From Eubacteriales bacterium (lineage in GTDB: Bacteria > Bacillota > Clostridia > Oscillospirales > CAG-272), in contig JAZUBG010000036.1 of NCBI GenBank assembly GCA_045638405.1, positions 1 through 33,027 of the forward strand: a DNA stretch of 33,027 bases. Direction: 5' to 3'. How positions within the stretch are numbered: position 1 is the stretch's first letter; every line of letters starts with the position of its first letter. The position numbers were made by a program, and so were the translations under genes. Below are positions 1 to 8,792 of this stretch, piece after piece. Under the pieces are notes generated by a model. That model had not been told where the DNA came from. It was given only the letters and a program-made list of their open reading frames with translations, and did no database searches.

Positions 1-17
1 GCAAGCCCCTCCCCTAC
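1..17 (-). repeat. Partial GTAG-type REP-like sequence inside the transposase gene
   Basis: Reverse complement is GTAGGGGAGGGGCTTGC; truncated by the window edge. Confidence 0.55.
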
Positions 18-195
18 CTTGGATGATGTAATCTGTGCATTCAAATCATTAACATCACGCATTTGTAAGCAAAGATACGGAATTGAAAAAATGTTTCAAC
101 GCTCGTATGCCGAGCATATCGTTCGTGACATGGAAGATTACGAAACACGCAGAAAATACATTTACGAGAACCCCAAAAGATGGTATTATAAATAA
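1..195 (+). CDS. 3' part of a REP-associated tyrosine transposase (RAYT, IS200-like Y1); begins before the window
   Basis: Not in the ORF track. Frame 1 reads ASPSPTLDDVICAFKSLTSR...FQRSYAEHIVRD...RKYIYENPKRWYYK* (TAA 193-195). FKS..SR, QRSY..HI.R and YI..NP..W are the RAYT C-terminal motifs. Confidence 0.85.
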   Translation, partial: ASPSPTLDDVICAFKSLTSRICKQRYGIEKMFQRSYAEHIVRDMEDYETRRKYIYENPKRWYYK

Positions 196-304
196 ATATA
201 AAAGAATAGGCGTTTGATTTAATCCGACGCGTTTGTAATCCTAAAGCGAAACTAACGATACACAAAAACGATAAATGTAAATTTTACAAGGTAAAACATC
301 TCAT

Positions 305-934
305 ATGAAGAACAATCAACAAAAGTATATTGACTATGTTATGCGATTTGCGGAAGAAAACAAAAGACATATTTGGTTAAGCGGGTCTTTTTTGCGTGGA
401 ACCGCTACAGTGTTTTCCGATGTAGATATAAGTGCCTTTTGTAACTATGATAATTTGAAAAAACTGATTTACGGTTACGGAAAACCTTTGTATATATCAT
501 TTACACATAATCCGCTCGGCATACTTATCGTTATCTATGAAGATGGCGTGGCTGTAGATTTGGAAATAATCGAAAACATAGATATTCTTGATAATAAATT
601 CTTCCATACTGATGATATTAAGTTATACAATTACAGTAGGAACGAAAAACTATGTAAGGAGTTATCTCTAAAAGATGATGTATACTATCAAATATCTCGT
701 TTGTTTCATCGCAGTTTGATTAAGTTCTTATCTGGCAAACAAGATATAGGTGTAAGTATAGCAAACGAGGTAGCTATGTTTAATAATCACAACATTGTTA
801 TTGACAAAGCAAATTACAGTAATAGCATTATTGAACTATTAAAACTCTTTAATAAACAATATCAATTGCCCTTAGAATACTTCTCCCTTTTGTGCGAATT
901 GATAGGAAAGTTGGATGAAGTAAAATGTCCGTAA
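305..934 (+). CDS. Pol-beta-superfamily nucleotidyltransferase domain protein
   Basis: LSGSFLRG...SDVD (GS..DxD) plus a later VDL strand. Helical C-terminal half; visibly AT-rich compared with neighbouring genes. Confidence 0.75.
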   Translation: MKNNQQKYIDYVMRFAEENKRHIWLSGSFLRGTATVFSDVDISAFCNYDNLKKLIYGYGKPLYISFTHNPLGILIVIYEDGVAVDLEIIENIDILDNKFFHTDDIKLYNYSRNEKLCKELSLKDDVYYQISRLFHRSLIKFLSGKQDIGVSIANEVAMFNNHNIVIDKANYSNSIIELLKLFNKQYQLPLEYFSLLCELIGKLDEVKCP

Positions 935-973
935 ACCAAGTATACACATTGGAGTTTATCAAACAGAAAACTA

Positions 974-1003
974 CCCCCGACAGACATACAAATCTGTCGG
1001 GGG
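974..1003. terminator. Hairpin between convergent genes
   Basis: CCCCCGACAGA / TCTGTCGGGGG 11-bp stem. Confidence 0.65.
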
Positions 1004-1059
1004 AGATTATAATCCTTACGAGAAGTAGCTTTTCGGAGGATTTATTTTTATGCTAAAAC

Positions 1060-1914
1060 TTACTTGTGACCTAAGATCTCCTGCTTTGCGGGAGAATTTC
1101 TACTTTTTATATCGGGCATACGTCTCTCAAGAATCGCAAGAGACATTTCCACATCCTCTATAACCTCGTCAGCGCTTCCCGCTCCCACCGTGATCATGTC
1201 GCAGTCGCGTATAGCATTCCAGCTGAAGGTAAGTCCAACAAAAGGAGTGCATCTTCCTGCCGCGAAAGGCTTGATCGTCATAACGGGCTTCTTCGCGTAT
1301 TTGATTATCTCAGCCACGTACTCTACTTCGATCTGCATCAAAAATCCCATGCAGTTGAAGATCTGAATATACGTTTCAACGTCGTATTCGTTTGCATCGC
1401 TGTACAAAACAAGCTCAGGCATATGTGCGGAAAGACCGGGGATAAGTCCGTTATCGGTAATCATGGAAAGATAATCGGGAAGACGGTCGATGGTACGCTT
1501 GTTTTTGTTCACAAGCTGTTCCGCACATCCGTGATGAACGAGGCAGAACGTGCTTCCGATCTCCCTGCTCTTTTTGATTGCCGCCTCAGCCTCGCGGCGT
1601 CCCTCCGGTGTATCGTCTACGTTAAAATAAGGTGTGTCGATTATAGTGATCTTCTTGCCAGTCTTATCTTCGGCATGCTTGATCGCCGCCGTTGCGAGAG
1701 GATCACCGCTGAAGGGACCCATAATAGCATCAATTCCATATCTCAGGTACGCTTCAAGCACGGGAAAATAGGCCTCGGGTGTGGAATATCTGTCTTTTAT
1801 ACCCTTATCTGCGGCAGGGGTTCTGTGGCTATATCCCATGAGCCAGTTCGTACCCATCAAAAGTCTCGGCAGAGACACTCCGCCAACGGTAGTTCTCGGA
1901 AACATAACGGACAT
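1060..1914 (-). CDS. Conserved hypothetical protein, aldo/keto-reductase-like TIM barrel
   Basis: N-terminal GGVSLPRLLMGTN, internal GLSAH and KPVMTIKPFAAGR resemble AKR-like barrels. Confidence 0.6.
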   Translation of the reverse strand: MSVMFPRTTVGGVSLPRLLMGTNWLMGYSHRTPAADKGIKDRYSTPEAYFPVLEAYLRYGIDAIMGPFSGDPLATAAIKHAEDKTGKKITIIDTPYFNVDDTPEGRREAEAAIKKSREIGSTFCLVHHGCAEQLVNKNKRTIDRLPDYLSMITDNGLIPGLSAHMPELVLYSDANEYDVETYIQIFNCMGFLMQIEVEYVAEIIKYAKKPVMTIKPFAAGRCTPFVGLTFSWNAIRDCDMITVGAGSADEVIEDVEMSLAILERRMPDIKSRNSPAKQEILGHK

Positions 1915-2050
1915 TTTGAAATCCTCACTTTCGATCCATCTTTGTTCCTATCATATCACACACAGGATACCTTGTCAATACGGTATCCCGTCATCGCGTT
2001 ATATTTTTTGTAAAAAACGATATTTTAAGCAATAAAATCGGACGCAACAG

Positions 2051-2079
2051 TTGCAAAAAGCACAAAAGTATGATATAAA
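2051..2079 (+). promoter_or_regulatory. Putative sigma-A promoter of the DUF4838 pair
   Basis: TTGCAA-17 bp-TATAAA with an upstream TG. Confidence 0.45.
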
Positions 2080-2133
2080 TATCTTGTGTAAAAATGTTCG
2101 GATAACTACATATCAACGAAAGGAACGACAACA

Positions 2134-4275
2134 ATGAAACTAAAGAAACTTCTCTCCCTCATTCTTGCCGCAGTAATGCTCATTTCCGTAACAGCCTGCG
2201 GAAGCACAGACACAAAAGAGACAACCGCAACCACCGCCGCCAAAACCGAAGCCGGTACTGAAGAAAAACCGATTCCCGAAACGCCCAACGAAGAATACGT
2301 TATCGTCATCGACAAGGCTGACGAAGGCGCAGTATCTGCCGCTGAACGCATGACCTGGCAGATGAAAGAAGTCTTCGGCACCGACATCAAGGTCATCGAT
2401 CAGGCGGAAGGCCGATTTGTCCGTGAGATCGTCCTCGGCAAGACGAACCGCGGTGAAAAGATCGACACATCAAAAATGATCCGTGACGAATTCGAGATCA
2501 AAGCTGTTGGCGAAAAGGTATTCATAGGCGGCGCATCTGCCGACGGCCTTTACGGCGGTGCCGTTAAGTTCCTCAGCGACTGTACCGACGAAAACGGTCT
2601 AAAGATCACAGAAAACTTCTCATATAAGGACACCTTCGAGTACCCTGTTAAGAAGCTCACCATCGAGGGTAACGATATTTCAAAGTATACCGTTTACTAC
2701 CCCGAAGGTGCTTTAGACAGTGTTAAATCTGCCGCATCAAATATCTCGCTTTACGTTGCAGAGGCGACCGGTATTACTATCCCGGTAAAAGAGGGTAGGT
2801 CTGATGAATTTGGTATCATTCTTGAAACTGCAAATTCAGACAAAAAATTCGACGACAGCTATAAAGTCAAGACTGTGGGTTCTAACGTTGTCATCAGTGG
2901 TCACGAAAACGCAGGTGTCATTTACGGTGCCATTGATTTTATCGAGAATTGTATTGGTTGGAGACTTAATTCAGATACAGTTGACTATATTGAACCGGTC
3001 GATCAGCTTGATATAAGCGGACTTGATTATAGTGTAACGCCCGAGATTTTATATCGATACAGAGGTTGGGATGAACTTGTACCGGCACGTATTCCCGTAT
3101 GGGCGGGCAGTAGTAACCATACCTTTGAAGCGCTTGCTCCCGGATACTCAGTGATGAATGAAAGTCAGCCTTGTCTTACAGATGAAAAGGTATATGAAAT
3201 AATGCTCGAATCAGCACTTGCTCAACTCGAAGCAAATCCCGATGCTGACATGATATCTATTTCCCAAAACGATAATTCATACTATTGTAAATGTGATAAT
3301 TGTGCCGCAAGTGATGCTAAATACGGTGCTCCCTCAGGAACACTTCTCGCATTTGTAAACAGAATTGCTGAGGTTATCGAAGAGAAATATCCCGACGTAT
3401 TGGTACACACCTTTGCATACGATTACACAGTAGAAGCTCCTGACGGTATCAAAGCCAGAGACAATGTGTTCGTACAGATATGCAATATTTTTGAGTGTCA
3501 GTCTCATCCTTTGACAGCTAAGTGTAATTCAGACTCATATGCTGAATTCAAGAAGTGGAGCGAAATAGCAAAATATGTGGGTATATGGGATTATCCCGGA
3601 AACTGGGCATGCCACTATATTCCGAATCCTATCTACACCTACGAAAACCTTTACGGACTCTACAGTAATTTCGCCGACCTTGACCCCATTCTTTACTACA
3701 GCAACAGCTATATGGGTAACGTTTCAGGCGAATTTGCGGAAATGCGCTACCACCTTGCAGGACGTTTCATGTGGAACCCTTACTTTACTGAGGAAGAATA
3801 TAACGATTATGTTGAATCCTTTATTAAGGCGTATTACGGTCCCGGTTACAAAGAGATATGCGATACTATCGCACTGATGCAGGAAAAGACTCAAACTATC
3901 CACGTTAAATATGCAGACGTTTACCACTCGTCACCAAGCGGAATGTTTGGTATGTATTTTTACAGAGTAATAGACGATTTGATTGAAGGAATGAATTCCG
4001 CAAGAATCAAAACCGTAACAAAGGCTCAGTGGGAACACGTTGATCGTGCGATGATACAGTACGAATTTATTAAGCTTAATTTTGTGTTTGATAAACTCTA
4101 CGAAAGTGATGATCCCGCAGAAAAACAGCTTTCTCAGGATATGAGCCGCGCACTTTTCGAAAAGTTCGAAAAGTACAGAATGGATCTTGGAAATATTATG
4201 CCCGACAGTTCAAAGGTAAAAGAATTTACCGTGAAACCAGATCTTTGGGAAGAGCTTGTTGCAAGCTTACAGTGA
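2134..4275 (+). CDS. DUF4838-type lipoprotein (putative glycoside hydrolase with GH20/GH67-like N-terminal domains), paralog 1
   Basis: Lipobox VTAC; HTF, QPCLTD, ISISQND..YCKCDNC, HTFAY, IWDY and MWNPY motifs typical of DUF4838. Confidence 0.85.
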   Translation: MKLKKLLSLILAAVMLISVTACGSTDTKETTATTAAKTEAGTEEKPIPETPNEEYVIVIDKADEGAVSAAERMTWQMKEVFGTDIKVIDQAEGRFVREIVLGKTNRGEKIDTSKMIRDEFEIKAVGEKVFIGGASADGLYGGAVKFLSDCTDENGLKITENFSYKDTFEYPVKKLTIEGNDISKYTVYYPEGALDSVKSAASNISLYVAEATGITIPVKEGRSDEFGIILETANSDKKFDDSYKVKTVGSNVVISGHENAGVIYGAIDFIENCIGWRLNSDTVDYIEPVDQLDISGLDYSVTPEILYRYRGWDELVPARIPVWAGSSNHTFEALAPGYSVMNESQPCLTDEKVYEIMLESALAQLEANPDADMISISQNDNSYYCKCDNCAASDAKYGAPSGTLLAFVNRIAEVIEEKYPDVLVHTFAYDYTVEAPDGIKARDNVFVQICNIFECQSHPLTAKCNSDSYAEFKKWSEIAKYVGIWDYPGNWACHYIPNPIYTYENLYGLYSNFADLDPILYYSNSYMGNVSGEFAEMRYHLAGRFMWNPYFTEEEYNDYVESFIKAYYGPGYKEICDTIALMQEKTQTIHVKYADVYHSSPSGMFGMYFYRVIDDLIEGMNSARIKTVTKAQWEHVDRAMIQYEFIKLNFVFDKLYESDDPAEKQLSQDMSRALFEKFEKYRMDLGNIMPDSSKVKEFTVKPDLWEELVASLQ

Positions 4276-4276
4276 T

Positions 4277-4417
4277 CCGTATATATTCAGTTTGTGTATC
4301 AATTCATCAGGGTACTCCGACTTCAAGATCAACCCACTTGAATGGAAGAACAACGAGGACACCTGTATCGTACATTCATTGGAAGAAGTCACAGTTGACT
4401 ATCCCGGTAAAAAATAA
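4277..4417 (+). pseudogene. Probable relic 3' end of another DUF4838 paralog
   Basis: Start-less frame ...SDFKINPLEWKNNED...YPGKK* (TAA 4415-4417). F...P..W matches the C-termini of both neighbours; codons look coding-like. Confidence 0.5.
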
Positions 4418-4438
4418 TTATAACGAAAGGACATCAAA

Positions 4439-6643
4439 ATGAAATCAAGAAAACTTCTCTCCCTCCTTCTCGCCGCAGTGATGCTCATTTCCGTCACCGC
4501 CTGCGCGAGCAACGAAGGCTCGACCGAAACTAACGCCAAGACCGAAGCCGTAACGGAAGAAAAGCCAATTCCCGAAACACCCAACGAAGAATACGTTATC
4601 GTAATCGACAAGACCGACGAAGGCGCAGTATCTGCCGCTGAACGTATGACCTGGCAGATGAAAGAAGTCTTCGGCACCGACATCAAGGTCATTGACCAGT
4701 CGGAAGGCCGCTTTGTCCGCGAGATCGTCCTCGGTAAAACCAACCGTGGCGAAAAAGTTGACACATCAAAGCTTATCCGCGACGAGTTTGAGATAAAAGC
4801 CGTTGGTGAAAAAGTATTCATCGACGGTGCGAGTGCCGACGGACTTTACGGCGGTGCTGTAAAGTTTCTCAGCGACTGCACCGACGAAAACGGTCTGAAG
4901 ATCACAGAAAACTTCTCATACAAGGACACCTTCGAATACCCCGTTAAGAAGCTCACAATCGAGGGTAACGATATTTCAGAGTACACCGTTTACTATCCCG
5001 ACGGTGCCGACGATTTCGTAAAAGCGGCAGCTGAGGATATCTCCTACTACATTGCTGAGGCAACAGGCGTAAAGCTTCCCGTTAAGGCCGGTACACCCGA
5101 GGGACTTTACATCGCAATCGTGACCGTAAAGTCTGACAAGGAGTTCGACGACAGCTTTGAGATCAAGACCGAAAACGGCTCCGTTACCATCAGCGGTCAC
5201 GCCAACCTCGGTGCGGTTTACGGCGCGTACGACTTCCTTGAACAGTACGTTGGTGTCAGATACATCACAAACGATCTTGACTACATCAAGCCCGCCGATG
5301 CTATTGACATCACAGATGCAAACTACAGTGAGTCTCCCTACATCACCTACCGCATACTCTATCATATAGGCTACAGCGAAGCTGTGCCTTCAGGAATTTC
5401 CGTCAAAAACAAATCTCTCCGTGACATAAGATGGGCAGGAAACCATTGTCACACCTTCGACGAGCTTGACGGAGACTACAGTGTACAGTACGAAAACCAG
5501 CCCTGTCTCACAGATCCGGAAGTATTTGAGCTTATGCTCACCAACGCCAAGAAAAAGCTTGAGGAGTATCCCGATGCAGAGATAATTTCCATCTCTCAAA
5601 ATGATAACGAAAATTTCTGTTCCTGTGACAACTGTCTTGCAGCAATAGAAAAGTACGGCGGATTCAAATCGGGACTTATGCTTGATTTCGTAAACAGAAT
5701 GTCCGACGAGCTGGTAAAGGATTATCCGAACATTAAGATTCATACTTTTGCATACCAAGGTACTGAAACCCCTCCGGAAGGAATCATCGCAAGAGATAAC
5801 ATCGTAGTTCAGTTCTGTCCTATCTACAACTGCTTCAATCATCCCTTCACACATGAATGTCCCGCAAATGGAAATTTCAGCGATAGAGTTGAAAAGTGGT
5901 CAAAGATCACAAAAGAAATTCAGATCTGGGACTACTCTTATCAGTGGGATCTCGATGGTACACCTTACCCCACAATGGGATATAACGAAGTTGTAAGCAA
6001 CTATCAGCTATTCGTTGATAACAACGTAAGCTACGTGTTCAACAACAACGATTTCCAGCTTAACAATGGAGAATTCATCGCTCTTCACTCATATCTTCTC
6101 ACCAAGGTAATGTGGAATCCTTATATTACCGAAGAAGAGTATTACGGATATATGCAGGATTTCCTTGCAGGCTTCTACGGTGACGGCTGGGAGAGCATTT
6201 ACGACGCTATCATGACGGTTGAAAATAACTATGACCGCTGTGTAATAGTTGACAACAAAACTCCCGCTGAGAACATGATGCATATGTACATGAAGTCGTA
6301 TATCGACGACGTGATCGCTAAGATGGCTGACGGAAGACTCAAGACAGATACCGCATTCAAGTTCGCCAATGCAGACTGTGTAATGGCACAGTACGAGTGG
6401 GTAAAGCTTGACCTGGTATTCACCAAACTATACCAGAGTGAAGATCCTGCAGATAACGAAAAAGTGCAGGAAATGTGCCGCGCTCTCTACAATAAGTTCG
6501 GCAAGTACGGACTGAAGTTCATTGACTCTCTTGATCATCTCGACATCTCCGAGATCGAAGAATTCGACAGAAGCCCGAGTAAGTGGATGACTCTTATCAG
6601 CGAGATATACGATGCAAAGGCAAACGCTGCCGCTCAGGAGTAA
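4439..6643 (+). CDS. DUF4838-type lipoprotein, paralog 2
   Basis: Lipobox VTAC; same motifs (CHTF, QPCLTD, ISQND..FCSCDNC, HTFAY, IWDY, MWNPY). N-terminal ~190 aa nearly identical to paralog 1. Confidence 0.85.
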   Translation: MKSRKLLSLLLAAVMLISVTACASNEGSTETNAKTEAVTEEKPIPETPNEEYVIVIDKTDEGAVSAAERMTWQMKEVFGTDIKVIDQSEGRFVREIVLGKTNRGEKVDTSKLIRDEFEIKAVGEKVFIDGASADGLYGGAVKFLSDCTDENGLKITENFSYKDTFEYPVKKLTIEGNDISEYTVYYPDGADDFVKAAAEDISYYIAEATGVKLPVKAGTPEGLYIAIVTVKSDKEFDDSFEIKTENGSVTISGHANLGAVYGAYDFLEQYVGVRYITNDLDYIKPADAIDITDANYSESPYITYRILYHIGYSEAVPSGISVKNKSLRDIRWAGNHCHTFDELDGDYSVQYENQPCLTDPEVFELMLTNAKKKLEEYPDAEIISISQNDNENFCSCDNCLAAIEKYGGFKSGLMLDFVNRMSDELVKDYPNIKIHTFAYQGTETPPEGIIARDNIVVQFCPIYNCFNHPFTHECPANGNFSDRVEKWSKITKEIQIWDYSYQWDLDGTPYPTMGYNEVVSNYQLFVDNNVSYVFNNNDFQLNNGEFIALHSYLLTKVMWNPYITEEEYYGYMQDFLAGFYGDGWESIYDAIMTVENNYDRCVIVDNKTPAENMMHMYMKSYIDDVIAKMADGRLKTDTAFKFANADCVMAQYEWVKLDLVFTKLYQSEDPADNEKVQEMCRALYNKFGKYGLKFIDSLDHLDISEIEEFDRSPSKWMTLISEIYDAKANAAAQE

Positions 6644-6681
6644 GACAATCGAAAATCGTAACGCCGACTATGTAAAATGGT

Positions 6682-6724
6682 AAAAATAAGGTCTCACGCC
6701 TTCATGACGTGAGACCTTGTTTTT
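6682..6724. terminator. Bidirectional intrinsic terminator
   Basis: AAAAATAAGGTCTCACG / CGTGAGACCTTGTTTTT between convergent genes. Confidence 0.8.
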
Positions 6725-8123
6725 ATCGCTGTATTACACTTTTCTTTTTCCCGTTCATAGGGTTCCATCTTCCCGAGATAAAGTATACCATGAACATTGT
6801 GAAGAGAAGGAGATTGTGTGAGATCATGCATGCCCACGCGGAAACGAGACCGAGGGAGAAGATCTGCGTGCAAATGAAAGTACCGACAATTCGCACGCCC
6901 CACATACCGATGATGTTACTGATAAAGGGCATGGTAGTCTTACCCATTCCCTGCATCATGCCCTCAACCACGATGGTAACACCGTAGAAGGGTTCGGAGA
7001 GAGCAACCATGCGAAGCACCGTAGCGCCAAGCTTAATTACTTCGGGGTCTTTAGAGAATATTGTCATCATCTGAGGCGCAAAGGCGAAGAGCAGACCGCC
7101 CGAGATGATCATCAGTGTCAGTTCCACTGCGATTATCATTCGGGAAAGATCCCTTAGTCTTTCCTTGTCCCCTGCACCGAGACAGTTGCCTGCAAGAGTT
7201 GCGGAGGCTGACTGCATACCGTAACCGGGAATGTAGAACGCAGACTCAACAGTGTTTGCGATGGTGTGTGCGGTTGTTGCAACCGAGCCGATGGAGTTAA
7301 CCATAGACGCAAACGCAACGTAACCGAATGATGTACCGAATCTCTGAAGAGCATTGGGGAAAGCCACCTTGAGACAAGGTCTGAGGACACTGAAATCGGG
7401 CTTCACAGAGTATCCGCGGGGTGTTATTTCGGGATGTCTCCACACAGCCACGGCAATAGCTATACCGCCCACCGCAAATGACACCGCACTTGCAGTAGCA
7501 GCACCAATGACACCAAGTCCCGCACCGGGCATGGTGAATGAGAAAGAAGCGAACAATTTAATAACTCTCGTGGGATAAATGAGAAGGAAATTCAGAACAA
7601 CGTTGATGATATTCACCGCAAAACCCACTCTCATAGGCGTTTTGGTGTCTCCCGCCGCGCGAAGCACCGTACCAAAGATTATACTTGACGCTCTGAACAA
7701 CATGGGAGTGTAGAGAATGAAGAAATATTTCGACGCCATGGGACGAATCTCTTTGTCAACCTGCATCCACGTGGGAATAAAGGAACTGAGAGAGAGAGTA
7801 ATGACGGTAAAAAGACCGCCGAGCACAAGAACGGCAAGTGCCGCCTGGGAAACGGCTTTTTTTGCTCTTTCCGTCTCACCTGCACCACGCGCCTGAGAGA
7901 TATATGAAAGAAAACCGACTCCTGCGGCGGAAATGGTACTTCCCACAAGCCAGTTTACTGTTGTAGTCGATCCTACTGCCGCAGTAGCCGCCGTACCGAG
8001 GGAGCCTACCATAGCGGTATCTATATACTGAACAGCCGTCATGAGAAGCTCTTCAAGCATGGTTGGCCATGCGAGAGCAAATATGACGGGGAGCATATGT
8101 AGCGGAAGCTTATGTTTTTTCAT
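6723..8123 (-). CDS. MATE family efflux transporter
   Basis: LAWP..IDTAMVGSLG..A.AAVG and LRAAGDTKTPM motifs; two-fold repeat with many hydrophobic helices. Confidence 0.95.
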   Translation of the reverse strand: MKKHKLPLHMLPVIFALAWPTMLEELLMTAVQYIDTAMVGSLGTAATAAVGSTTTVNWLVGSTISAAGVGFLSYISQARGAGETERAKKAVSQAALAVLVLGGLFTVITLSLSSFIPTWMQVDKEIRPMASKYFFILYTPMLFRASSIIFGTVLRAAGDTKTPMRVGFAVNIINVVLNFLLIYPTRVIKLFASFSFTMPGAGLGVIGAATASAVSFAVGGIAIAVAVWRHPEITPRGYSVKPDFSVLRPCLKVAFPNALQRFGTSFGYVAFASMVNSIGSVATTAHTIANTVESAFYIPGYGMQSASATLAGNCLGAGDKERLRDLSRMIIAVELTLMIISGGLLFAFAPQMMTIFSKDPEVIKLGATVLRMVALSEPFYGVTIVVEGMMQGMGKTTMPFISNIIGMWGVRIVGTFICTQIFSLGLVSAWACMISHNLLLFTMFMVYFISGRWNPMNGKKKSVIQR

Positions 8124-8233
8124 ATAGATGAAGATCTCCTGTTACTGTCAAATTTACATTTTTCACCGATTATATCTTACCACATTTCACGACATTTGAC
8201 AAGGACAAGTTCCAAAAAAAATCTCCCCTAACC

Positions 8234-8263
8234 TTGACCCGATCCATTAAAGTATGCTATAAT
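8234..8263 (+). promoter_or_regulatory. Putative sigma-A promoter of msrC
   Basis: TTGACC-18 bp-TATAAT with extended -10 TG. Confidence 0.6.
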
Positions 8264-8292
8264 TAACCAACGAAAAGTTTAAGGAGACTGTT

Positions 8293-8739
8293 ATGACCGA
8301 TTACAGAGAACTTTGCGCCACTCTTTCCGCGCTGACCGACGATATACCGTATAAAATCGCAAATCTGGCAAACGCCTCAGCACTTCTGTGGGAACGCCTT
8401 GAAAATATAAACTGGGCAGGATTTTACCTCCTTGAGGGCGAAAAGCTGATCCTCGGACCCTTCCAGGGCAAACCCGCTTGTATTGAGATCCCACTGGGAC
8501 GCGGAGTGTGCGGTACCGCCGCTTTGTCCCGTAAAACTCAGAGAGTCCCCGACGTGCATAAGTTTCCGGGGCATATCGCCTGCGACGGCGCGTCTAACTC
8601 GGAGATAGTAGTACCGCTGATACGCGACGGTGAGCTTTTCGGTGTCCTCGACATTGACAGTCCCGTGTTTGACAGGTTCTCTGCGGAAGATCAGACGGGA
8701 CTTGAAGATTTTTCAGCGATAGTCTCACAGTTACTTTAA
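8293..8739 (+). CDS. msrC: GAF-domain free methionine-(R)-sulfoxide reductase
   Basis: NWAGFY, LGPFQGKPAC, GRGVCGTA, HIACD..SNSEIVVP, GVLDIDSP. Confidence 0.92.
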   Translation: MTDYRELCATLSALTDDIPYKIANLANASALLWERLENINWAGFYLLEGEKLILGPFQGKPACIEIPLGRGVCGTAALSRKTQRVPDVHKFPGHIACDGASNSEIVVPLIRDGELFGVLDIDSPVFDRFSAEDQTGLEDFSAIVSQLL

Positions 8740-8747
8740 CCAAACAT

Positions 8748-8784
8748 AAAAAGAGCAAAGTACCGACAATACTTTGCTCTTTTT
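8748..8784. terminator. Bidirectional intrinsic terminator
   Basis: AAAAAGAGCAAAGTA / TACTTTGCTCTTTTT. Confidence 0.85.
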
Positions 8785-8792
8785 GTGATGTT

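Noticed and set aside
41-265. 74-aa minus-strand ORF
   Set aside because: Antisense shadow of the RAYT transposase 3' end on the + strand.
2776-4412. Exact 15-bp repeat ACTATCCCGGTAAAA at 2776 and 4398
   Set aside because: Different reading frames and no extension; one such match in 33 kb is plausible by chance.
2134-6643. DUF4838 repeat as a diversity-generating retroelement template/variable pair
   Set aside because: No reverse transcriptase in the window; differences are mostly third-position and not adenine-specific; both copies are intact 5' coding regions.
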